Source: Minutocellus sp. GHC0000111
Taxonomy: Eukaryota
Assembly (NCBI GenBank): GCA_977018835.1
Contig: OZ361260.1
Span: 4,216,001-4,265,719 of the forward strand
DNA length: 49,719 nucleotides
Reading direction: 5' to 3'
The position numbers and the translations under genes were made by a program. Numbering within the stretch: the stretch's first letter is position 1; every line of letters begins with the position of its first letter. The notes beneath the pieces are model-generated. The model made no database searches and had not been told where the DNA came from. It saw nothing but the letters and a program-made list of their open reading frames with translations. Positions 1 to 10,238 of this stretch are shown here, in pieces.

Positions 1-3000
1 AGACCTAAATGAGACTCCATCCGACTGACCCACGCTCTTCGGACAGGAGGGACACGTGCACCCTCAGGAAGTCGGAAGACATGTCCTAAAACATTGTAAT
101 CCTCAACATATTCTCCAGAGGGGTTGGTAGCGGTGCTCAACATTTCGGCAAACTCGTCCTCGCTGTCACTGTCGTCTTCGTACACACGTCTTTCTCGGCC
201 TTGTTGCCTTGCCGATGATCGAGAAGGCTGACTCGGCGAGGATTGAGATCGTGCATTGTTGCGACGATTACGACGACGGCGCGATCGCGACGATTGAGAC
301 CGGGATTGACTCTGCCGCCTTCTGCTGGATCTGCGTCGACCACCAGCGTCATCGTCAGAGCCGATACTAATCACATCATCGTCGTCATCGTCGCTGCTAC
401 CACTGTCGCTATCTTCTTCATCCTCGCCATTCAATCGTCTGCCTCTGTTCCGACGCCTTGGAGCATCATCGTAATCGTCATCGTCCTCATCTTCGTCACT
501 TAGAGGCCGTTCATTGATAAGATCATCATAGTCTCCCCACTCGTAATTGCTGGAAAGGGCTCTTCCAGAGGAGGAGGATCTATTTGTTCTCCCGCCGCCT
601 CCGCTGCTGCGGTTTTGCCTCTGCGGTGAGCCAGAAGCCCTTGCAGCCGCAGCGGCAGTACCGAAGTCATCTTCATCGCCACCATCACCCTCATCTCCAA
701 TTCCTCCGATGGATGCGCCCATTCTCCGAAGTACCGACGCCATATGTGACTTGACACCATAACGTCCAGCTTCGACGCTGTGGACATTGATAAACGTGCG
801 CTTTCCCTGAACATTCTGCCAGAGAAGTCCTCCATTTTTCCGCACTTCAAGAGCTCTTTCTCGGACTGAGTACCTTTCGAATCGAACATCTGCCTCGGAT
901 ATGGGAAGCGGACCGGCCATTTGGCTAAACGCCTCGGTAACTTCTTCCGGGTGGGGAGTACCAGTATGTGTACACCTTGCAGCCTTCGGAGCTAAATGCG
1001 GTGGCTGGCCGGAACCTTTTTCTATGCAGTATCCATGGACGTCGTAGATCATTTCGTAGTAGTCGTTTGCACAGTACTGTTCCTTCATCCAGAATGGTGT
1101 CGCTCGATCGTCGCAATCTTCATCGATGACGATGGTATCGTTGGAAGATGATCCTGACGCCTTCATCTTCTGCACAGAAACAGTCGAGCACAACGTATCG
1201 AGCACAGTGATCCTGCCATTGTCATCTGTCAGCACCAACGACAAGCCATCAGGGCTGAACTGACCATCAAGGTAGGCACAATTTTTTCCTCGACTGCTTG
1301 GTGGTTCCATCGGCCCATGATTGAGTGTGTTGGTGTGTGTAAAGAATGTCTTTCCGGTATCCAGATCCCACATATTGATGAGGCCGTCGCCGCCTGCCGA
1401 GACCAGTATCGACGCGTCCAGCGGATGCGAAATGAGGACAGACGCGCCAAGGGTATGAGCCGATGGCATCCCTAAGAGACACTGGCCTGTACGGCTGTCC
1501 CAAACGTATAGATGCTGAGAATTCGGAACAATAGCCGCCTCTCCTTCTTGAACAGGGCAGGCCTGCGAGGTTACGATCTTGGAATCATCCGACGTCCACT
1601 TGGCACTATCGCAAAATACACCAACACCATTCGATTGGTCCGACGACGATCCGCCTCTGCGACGTGACGGACCAGAAAGTGCACCGGTGCCAGTAGATCC
1701 ACCTCTACCACCAGCACGTGGATTGGTTAAGCGAATATGAATCTGCTTGATGCCGTCGAACTTTACCCTTCCAGTCTGGCCGTCGGCATTAATGGCTGGG
1801 GCGGTCTCATTACCCCAAGACCATATCCTGACGACGCCATCCTTTTGACTTGCGGTGAGGATGCGATCACCAGCGTTGGAGTAGTCAATATCGGTGATGG
1901 AGTTGAGATGACCCATGAGTGTTGCGAGCAAATTCGCCTTTGATGGCCCCGCAGCTCCACTTCCGGTACCGCTACGAAGTGTCCTCAGACGACCTGACGT
2001 ACGAGTCCCTTGACGTCGGCTTTGTCTAGACGAGTTGGCAACTCTGTGGTGGAGGGGATTTTTAGCCCAGACGTCTATCTCTTCAACACGTTCATCGTCT
2101 TCGTCGGCCCAGATCCTACCTAAACCATCATCCGATCCCGTGGCGAAGTGACCTCCGATCGGACAACGAGCGATGCACACTACCTGCACGGCCTTGCGCT
2201 GAGACCGGGTGCCCATTTGGCTATCTGGCATTACTTCTCCATGTTGGAACTTGGAGAGCAAGCGGACGCCCTCGTCGATCTCATTGCCAGCAACAAATGC
2301 ACCAGGATTGATGGCTCCATTTGCACCGTTACCAGCATTGCCGTTTGCATTCCCATTCCCAATATTTCCAGCTCCAATTAGCCCTCCAGCACCAGGAGGC
2401 AAAGGAGGCACAAAGACTTCATCATCGCCGTCAGCATTAACGACCCCTTGTTCAGCATTGCCACCACTTTCATTTGGTTCTGCATAATTTACTACCTCTT
2501 CTCGTTGGGGAATCGGGGGTAAGAAGTCTTGAGATTCCTCACCGGCATCGTTCTCATCCTCACTATCGCCCTCATCATCGGAAGAATCGTACTCGTATAC
2601 TTTGGGCAACGTATAGTCAGCTCTCTTGCCAATGACGCCTCCATACCGCTTAAGGGCGGCCTCGCGAATATCCCACATTCTCGCCAGACCATCATCACCA
2701 GTCGTAACAATGCGGAATGGAGTTAGCTTGGACCAGGAGACCATGTTGGCACCTCCAGTATGCCCTCTCAGGATAGCAACTGGGCAGCCGTCCTTTAGGC
2801 CCCAAATACGCACGTCACCGTCTTGTGATGCTGTGGCAAGCATGGAATTATCACAACTAACATCAAGATCGGTCACAACGCCCGCGTGGCCACGTAAAGA
2901 ACACACCAATACCACACCACGATTGTTGGCGCCGTAAGCAAACTTCCTCAGTCCTTCCTCACCTCGTCCAGTCGCCGAAAGGCCAACCCCAAGATGAAAG

Positions 3001-4780
3001 AGCTTCACCAGATGGTCGTCTGCTCCAGTAATGAAGTATTTGCCCGTCTTATCGAATTTGAGACTGAAGATGGGATAGAACAGATGACAATTGATTGTGA
3101 CAGCATGCGAAAGGCGGTGCTGCAGGATTGACTTGCGACCTCCCCGGAGCGTAAGCTGGCTGGGGAGGCGTCCCGGCTGTCGATGCAAAGCTCCTCCCGA
3201 CAACGAACCACCTGCGTAATGCTGCCTTCCCAGGACAGACGCAAGCAGTGATCCACTCAACCTACCCTGACTATGACGAGACCAAGATGCAGATGACAAT
3301 TGTTCAAAGGGATCTTGGAACTTTTGGCTCACGTTTTGGAACTTGCCCCAGCTATCCTCCGCTTTGCCGGTGGCTCCGTCGTATTCCTTCTTCGTTTTGG
3401 ACCGAGCTAGCTGCAATTCCTCCAGCTTCCGTCCCAGCTGAGCCATGACACGCTCAGCATCCTGAATCTTTCCATCGATTATGCGCAAATCCAGCTCTTC
3501 GCCCTGAGACAGAATTTGCGACGCCTCCGCTCTGGCAGATGCACTGCCATCGACCAAGGCAATGGCCACCTCTCGCTGACGCGTCATGGTATCCTTGATG
3601 CTCTGGTGGTGAGCAATGGTCCGTTGGAGGGTGCCAATCTCATGGTCGACGGATTGCATCTGGGCGCGAAGATTCAGCAGAATGCGTGAGGCTGCGGCTG
3701 CTTCGGCGCCAATCCTACCCCGATCAGATCCAATGGCGGCCGTGAATAGACGTTGGTTCGTCGCAGCACCGGTGCTTCCCACAATGGATGCCTCGTCACG
3801 TTCCTGGTCGAGGGCTTGGCCCAACATGGTGGATAATTCTGGTGCAAGAGTAGAAACGGACCTTGACGACAATGCAGTGGTAGTAGAAGTAGGAGGTTGC
3901 AACGTCGTCAAGAGGGTGGGTGGATGCAGGATGGATGCTGATCGGATGGCACCATCACTGCTACCAAGAGCAGTATTGCCATCACTACTATCTCCACTAT
4001 CCTGCTCTCCAACACGACGCCCCGTCGATCCTGTACTCGCCCCAGCAATGGCGTTGCCATCATCCACAATGGAGGTGGGACGAGCCCGATCCAAGGCCAG
4101 CTGATTGGCAACATCCGTCGCCGCGACGCTGGACTGAACGACCGCCTCAAGATGGTTCGGGGCCAGCTGCGGATACCGACGGGCCATATCAGTGTAGGTT
4201 GCATTCCTTATGGATGGCTGAGATGTCGCCAGGGGACCCTGTTTTGTGTGTCGATATCAATTATTCATGCAATATTTGGCGAGGTCAAGACGAGTAAGAG
4301 TTGAGTTGAGTATCAATCGACGTCCCAAACGAGCACCTAACGTGAAACAAACAGCACAACCCAAGCACTTACGGTAGTGGCCGAACCAAAGATACCCAGC
4401 GTAGTAAATGCCGAGGCGATGTCCCCGGCAGCTCGCTGAAGGCGTCGAATGGCCTCCTCCCTCTCCTCGGCAGTGGCACCGGTGGAGGAGACATCGGCTG
4501 ATGATACTGGAGGCGCGGGAGCGCCACCAAGCAATCGAGAGCTACCAGCTACTGGAGGCGCCGAGTCACAAGCCGAAGAAGAAGCGGCAAAGTTGGCCAA
4601 CCAATGCGTGACCAAGAAGGGAAGCTCCTGATTCATGACGATGGAGTGGTTGTCGGTGGTGGAGGAGGATGCGGCAGCTGCTGCAGTTGCGGCCGTGCTG
4701 TTGCTGGAGGACGGTCCATTTGAATCGTCCGTCTCTTCACTGGGCCGTCGGGGCTCGTCATCGCTGCTGCTCCCGCTCAT
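1..4780 (-). CDS. BRWD/PHIP-like WD40-repeat protein, 5' part. Exon 1 is 4780-4373, intron 4372-4239, and exon 2 is open from 4238 past the left edge.
   Basis: Manual translation of the minus frame, which the ORF track omits because it has no stop in the window. It gives ELPFLVTHWL at the N-terminus, WD repeats (FDKTGKYFITGADDHLVKLF; LRGHAGVVTDLDVSCDNSMLATASQDGDVRIW; GHLNSITDIDYSNAGDRILTASQKDGVVRIW) and the post-WD motif EQYCANDY typical of BRWD1/PHIP. The GTAAGT...CAG intron is phase 0, and the frame is consistent down to base 2. Confidence 0.8.
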
Positions 4781-5208
4781 GGCAGAAGGATATGATGCAG
4801 CACTGCAAGCCCGCGCAAGAGTGGGACAAATCAAAGTCCCGTGCGTGTCCTAGCTAGGTATGTAGGAGAAACGACGAGGGATTGCGTGTAGAGGTGGCTG
4901 CTTTCGTGCCTCAGCCTCAGGTTGGAGGTTGGTTCAAATCAGCAAATTGCAAAATGAGCTGATTTTGCGGCTGGATTTTGGCGCGCCGGCCACGCTTCAT
5001 TTTTCTGGCGTGGCAGGCTTGCGGCAAGATCCGACCGACCGACGATCATTGATGATGAAAGATCAGATCCTCCAACAATGAAGACACACAGTGCATGTAA
5101 ATGTATGTACCGGAAATAACGAGAATTTATTTCGTTTCGTTGTTTGCAGTTCCTTTTCTATGTACATCTTGCCTTCGCCGAATCGATGATAGATTCCTAT
5201 TACATGTA

Positions 5209-5563
5209 CATGTAGATCTAGAATCTAGAGTCTCTAGAGAGAGCGTTTCCACGAGAGAGAGCCGACACCCCCTCCGCGATGTTTCGTAAATGTTGTAACA
5301 ACTCGATTTTATTACACCATATGTCTTAAAAGGGTGTTGTAGAGCATAATCAACAATAAAATCGAGTTGTTACAATGATCTTGGGGTACTTTACTAACAA
5401 GTCGCTGGGTTTGGGTCCGAGATTTTGAGCTCGATCTAGTGGCTTCATTTTTATTGACATGAAAATTTTCTCACAAAAATATTTTCTAGTGGCTACTATT
5501 TACAGTGATTTTGTCGGCGGTCTCGTGGAAACGCTCTAGACTCTAGATATATAGATCTACATG
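5209..5563. mobile_element. Decayed non-autonomous TIR element (MITE)
   Basis: GAGCGTTTCCACGAGA (5241-5256) pairs with TCTCGTGGAAACGCTC (5521-5536). The repeat extends imperfectly inward to GCCGACA/TGTCGGC and outward to about 5209/5563. The interior is AT-rich and non-coding. The TSD cannot be resolved because of AG/CT slippage. Confidence 0.7.
5293..5375. repeat. Perfect 21-bp inverted repeat inside the MITE
   Basis: TTGTAACAACTCGATTTTATT (5293-5313) and AATAAAATCGAGTTGTTACAA (5355-5375), with a 41-nt spacer. Confidence 0.9.
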
Positions 5564-5829
5564 CGTCTACCGGTAGATCTAGACACGTCTACATGTAGAT
5601 CTATACACATGTACATGTAGAATCAAGCGGCGCAGCGAAGGAAACACGACGGTGGAAGAGAGAGAGAGAAATTGATTTTTTCTGTGTCTGGTGGTTGGCA
5701 CCACCACCGGTACATATGTATAACAATTTTCTACATAGTCGTTTTATCATGTTGGCATACTCAGGCGTTGGAAAGTGGAGAAACCGGTACATGTACATAT
5801 ACCGGTACACGTGTATACCGTAGTCAAAC

Positions 5830-7059
5830 TCAACACTGGATGTAGCTTAAATACTCCTTGCTATTCTCGACCGTGCCCTCGTCGTTCTCTGTACTGGTGG
5901 CGATGGGTGCATCTTCACTGTGGCCTCCATGATGATTGCTCATGTGCTTTTCAAATAAGGATTCGACTCTCTGCTCGACCCAATCATACAAGCTCTCGCG
6001 CTTGGCCGCGATGGCCTCTGCATGTTTCGGTCTTCTCCCAGCCTTGACATCTTCTGCCACTGTAAGAAACTTTTCCCACATTCGTCCAATGACGGTCCGT
6101 ACCAAGAAATTTATCAATCCTTGTGGCAGAAAATTGATCTTCGAGTCGACATACATCAGGAAGCTCACAAGGAGCATGTGATCATCATTGTTGTCCACTG
6201 AATTTCCGCTGTTATGAAGGGCCTTTGTTGAGAGTGCAGGGTGATCTACGGGACATTTGCGAAATAGAAAGCCTCCGTCAAAGTCAACCCTAACTGCTCC
6301 ACCTTCCGGTGGTGGTATATCGACATCGGTTTCAGATGAGCCGGTATGCAGCCCCTTGAGCCGGACGCCAATATCTCCCTTTTCGTCGATGTCATCAAAA
6401 GCGACGGCGCCAATAATCACCTCCCGTGTCGCCAAGGGCCATGGCGAATCCATGGCAACCGCCAGCACCTGGCTCACCCGACCAGTTTGCCCTAACTTTT
6501 CTGATTTTGTTACACCAAGACGTGGCTTGTCAAACGACGGGAGCCATTCCCTGTACAATTCGCATTCGTTGAGTACTGATAACAATGGAACCAGCAATGA
6601 GGAGGGGATGGGAGTTTCCACCCTCGCCGTTAGGCAATTGCCCTGCTCGCCTCCCATTTTGTAGTATATGACCGAGTCATGCCTCCCATGGCTCTCGCCC
6701 TGTTTTTTCCATTCACTTGGCGCATCGTCATTGCCGTCTCCGTGATCGACCGAGGATGTGATGGAATGAACGAATGCCTCGCAGTCATTGGCCGTGCGGA
6801 GCATCTTATGATGCACATCCTTTAGGAGAGATTCGTCCTCAACTTGACGCAGCAGCCGAGCAGCGGCGAGCAAACGATCTTCTTGGTATTCGTGTTCTGC
6901 CTGAGCAATCACGCGTTCAGCTGAGTTTGCTGATGTCGCTGACACGTCTTGCGCTGTGGTCGGCGCCAACCCCTTGTCTTTGTCGAAATCTGCCGCTGGG
7001 GCCTTAACATCGGCGATAACATCACTGACAGCGGGAGGTTGAGTATTGTTGGGCGGCAT
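5830..7059 (-). CDS. START/SRPBCC lipid-binding domain protein
   Basis: 409-aa intronless ORF with START-like motifs LSVLNECELYREWLP, SPWPLATREV and VDSKINFLPQGLINF. Confidence 0.7.
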   Translation of the reverse strand: MPPNNTQPPAVSDVIADVKAPAADFDKDKGLAPTTAQDVSATSANSAERVIAQAEHEYQEDRLLAAARLLRQVEDESLLKDVHHKMLRTANDCEAFVHSITSSVDHGDGNDDAPSEWKKQGESHGRHDSVIYYKMGGEQGNCLTARVETPIPSSLLVPLLSVLNECELYREWLPSFDKPRLGVTKSEKLGQTGRVSQVLAVAMDSPWPLATREVIIGAVAFDDIDEKGDIGVRLKGLHTGSSETDVDIPPPEGGAVRVDFDGGFLFRKCPVDHPALSTKALHNSGNSVDNNDDHMLLVSFLMYVDSKINFLPQGLINFLVRTVIGRMWEKFLTVAEDVKAGRRPKHAEAIAAKRESLYDWVEQRVESLFEKHMSNHHGGHSEDAPIATSTENDEGTVENSKEYLSYIQC

Positions 7060-7094
7060 TGTTGTTCATCATGTGTCGACGAGACTGTGATACC

Positions 7095-7153
7095 GGTATT
7101 GTTCCAGCCGGGTATTGTTCCAGCCGGGCGGGGGGGGGGGGGCGCGGGGGCGG
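7095..7153. repeat. 16-bp tandem duplication followed by a poly-G tract
   Basis: GGTATTGTTCCAGCCG x2 (7095-7126), then GGGC-G13-CGC-GGGGG-C-GGG, in the spacer between the divergent START and PFK genes. Confidence 0.85.
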
Positions 7154-7258
7154 GACACGCGATGGGACTGTTTCCGTCCGAAGAAGAGGGGTCGAAGCAG
7201 CACAAGGAGCAACACGCATGTTCTTCACGATCATTTTTTTCTCATTCTGTTGTTGACA

Positions 7259-8999
7259 ATGAAGTTCTCTCCTCTTGCGCTGGTCGCTGCTTCTGCAGCA
7301 GCTACGATCTCAATCTCTTCTACTGCGTCGGCATTTGTCGTCCCATCTATTCGACGCGAGAAAATTATTCTCACAACGTCCACGAAGCTCTTCGAATCGC
7401 AGGAGTTGTGGCGTGTCGAGCGTGTAGATCAAATCAGCGACTGGCTGACGAACGGATCGACTCCCAAGTCCTATGCCAATCCTCTATCCCTAAAAGAAAA
7501 CGTGCCAAATTCTTGGTTTGTTGAACAGAATGCTGCCGTGGCGGCCAAGGTCGACGTAGATCTCCAGGAGACGATCGATGACTCCTGTTCGCTGGATGAT
7601 TACGACGAGGAGGCCCAAGAGCCTATGGTGGAATGCGGCGATCGAGGTCTCAACTCGGAGGCATTTATTTTGGCTGGCCCTCGAAAGGAGATTGCCTTTG
7701 ATCCCAAGGAGTGCAAGGCGGCGATTGTCACGTGTGGCGGACTGTGTCCAGGTCTCAACACCGTCGTTCGCGAGGTGGTGATGTGCCTTCGACGTCAGTA
7801 CGGAGTGACCGAAACACTTGGTGTTCCTGCAGGATACCGTGGGTTCAAAGATCCCTCCACCTGGCGAGACCTCGACGAGAAGGCTGTCGCCAATCTACAC
7901 AACATCGGCGGGTCTACGCTGGGTTCCAGTCGAGGTGGCCACAGCACCGAAGCCATTGTAGACTCGCTTGTTGAGCAGGGCGTCAACCTCCTTTTTGTAG
8001 TGGGTGGTGACGGCACCGTCCGAGGGGCGGCAAAGGTGGCGGAGGAGGTGAAAAAGCGTGGCCTAGCCATTGCTGTTGCAGTTGTCCCAAAGACGATTGA
8101 CAATGATGTTCCTCTTCTCGGTAAGTGTTTGTGCGCATTTTCATTTTTCTACTGTGAAGCTTTTCGCCGTATCTTCTCTAATGCTTGGGTTCGTTCCCAT
8201 CTTTCATTCATCAGACCGCACATTTGGATTCGAAACTGCTGTTGAGGCGGCTAGAAAAGCAATCAACGTCGCGGAGACTGAGGCCGAGGGATTTCCGTTT
8301 GGATTGGGCGTAGTCAAGGTAATGGGACGGAACAGCGGATTCATCGCCATGCACTCGGCACTTGGCAGTGGTTTCGCAGATCTTTGTCTTGTGCCAGAGG
8401 TCGAATTTGAGCTCGACCCGATAGTAGATCATTTATATGAAAGGCTTATCGAAAACAACAAGGCGGTTGTGGTTGTTGCCGAGGGCGCGGGTCAGAAATT
8501 GATGGCAGAAATGGGAGCCAACGGAGAGAAGGTTACCGACGCCTCGGGCAATGTTCTTTTGGACGATATTGGACCATGGCTCTGCCAACAGCTGAAGAAG
8601 CGCATCGATGCCAAGCTGGAAGTTGCAGATCACGATGATAACCCTCACCAGGACAAGGTTACACTGAAGTATGTGGATCCATCGTATATGGTCCGAGGTG
8701 TCCCCCCAAATACTGCTGATAATTTGTATTGCACGCAATTAGCGCACAATGCCGTCCATGGGGCCATGTCTGGCTTCAGCTCCTTCCTCGTAGGAAGCGT
8801 GAATACGCGTGAGTGCTACATTCCTATCAACTTGGTGGCTAACAAGAGGAATGTAATCGATGTGAGGCATCAGGGAATGTGGGAGTACGTGGTGTTTGCT
8901 ACAGGTCAGCCAAGTTTCCAGACGGAGGAGGATCCCCGAGACGACAAAGACGTTATCACCACAGCGTCTGGAGGTATTGTTCTCTCCACAACTGAATAA
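7259..8999 (+). CDS. PFK: ATP-dependent 6-phosphofructokinase (plant/group-X type), plastid-targeted; intron 8121-8214
   Basis: Motifs AIVTCGGLCPGLN, GGSTLGSSRG, VGGDGT, PKTIDND, DRTFGFETAV, VMGRNSGFIA and KYVDPSYMVR. A GTAAGT...CAG intron joins the two ORFs. The N-terminus MKFSPLALVAASAAATISISSTASA-FVVP is a signal peptide plus ASAF motif. Confidence 0.92.
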
Positions 9000-9042
9000 G
9001 GACATGGCTTACATAGTTGCTACGTAGCTAGATATATAGATA

Positions 9043-9870
9043 TTAATTTAATATCAATTGCTTTCCCTGTTCTTCTACAACCTGTTGTAGCATATTCAGG
9101 CCCGTCTCATCGCCAACAAAGTATTTTCTAATTCCCATCGTAAGACATTCTTCTACCTGATCATCATCCATTGCCGACACGATGAGGCGGCTCTTAATGG
9201 TCGGTCCTTCCACATCAAGGTAGGATAGCTCCTCACAGAGTTGGACCATGGCATCCCCACAATTTTCATCCATTTCTGTCATCCTCGGCAACAGTACTAT
9301 AAAATCTCCATCACCCGTAGCATCCATGAGACTGGCTGTCATCGAGGCAGTTAGGACTGGATCGACCTCGCCAGTGAAATATTTTGGTGCAAAGAGTCCA
9401 ATCGAAGTTTGCGCTGCTGAAGACATATTCTTCTCAAAGGCAGCTTTGTCGTCGGTATTCTCATAGGCATCCAGATCAAAGCATAAATTGATATTGCTGG
9501 CATCGTCGGCTCTTTCCTCTTCTTCAAAGAGTTGAGACGATAAAAATACGGTACCAATGAACGAGCGAACTTTGGACACATCCTCGACATTGCTGTTCAG
9601 AATCAAAGCGTTCGCCAAACCCAACGTTTTGACATCGTCAAGTATCGTCGTTGGAGTTTTAGCAGAATAATAATAGGCTGCAATCTTGGACTCGTCATGT
9701 ATCGGCACGTGCCGTCCGGACTGGGAATCATAGTAGTGGCTCGGCGTGTCGGTAGTGGTGTGGACCGAACATTGACGCCTTCGGCATCGGGTTGACGATG
9801 ACACATGTATCGAAGGCCACCGCTTTCTTATAGCTGATGACGCGGCACGCAAGGGACTTTGAGAGATCAT
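9043..9870 (-). CDS. Hypothetical protein, probably mitochondrial
   Basis: 275-aa ORF that fills the gap between genes. It has an Arg/Ser-rich, acid-free N-terminus followed by a globular-looking region (YYDSQSGRHVP; LCEELSYLDVEGPTIKSRLIV). Confidence 0.6.
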   Translation of the reverse strand: MISQSPLRAASSAIRKRWPSIHVSSSTRCRRRQCSVHTTTDTPSHYYDSQSGRHVPIHDESKIAAYYYSAKTPTTILDDVKTLGLANALILNSNVEDVSKVRSFIGTVFLSSQLFEEEERADDASNINLCFDLDAYENTDDKAAFEKNMSSAAQTSIGLFAPKYFTGEVDPVLTASMTASLMDATGDGDFIVLLPRMTEMDENCGDAMVQLCEELSYLDVEGPTIKSRLIVSAMDDDQVEECLTMGIRKYFVGDETGLNMLQQVVEEQGKQLILN

Positions 9871-10238
9871 GGTGGGTCCTGGACGAACTACCTATCAAGT
9901 ACATGTAGCTCGAATAGCTACGGTTCTTTGCAGAGCATGACTTCTCTCACTCATTCTCGGCTCATGCCAACGCTCAACACCTCTCGACGGCGTCTTTATG
10001 TACGACACGTACGTTCCCTGTTTCCAGGTTACGGGTCATCCCTTTTATTTTGAGACTCACTCGACTTTGAGACTGACGCACTCAGCCTTCTGCCCGCGTG
10101 CCCCTGGTCGCACTCTGACAAGTTGCACGAAGTTCAACTTGCTGCCGGCTGCGTGTTTTTCCTCCAGCAGCCAGCTGGCCTCCCGGTATCATTTCGTCGT
10201 ATCCTTTGTTGCCTTGCAAAGGGACCGACACCAAAACC

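Noticed and set aside
1..4300. The many short ORFs suggest a fragmented or pseudogenised region
   Set aside because: One minus-strand frame is open from 4238 to the edge. The track omits it only because it has no stop, and the short ORFs are shadows.
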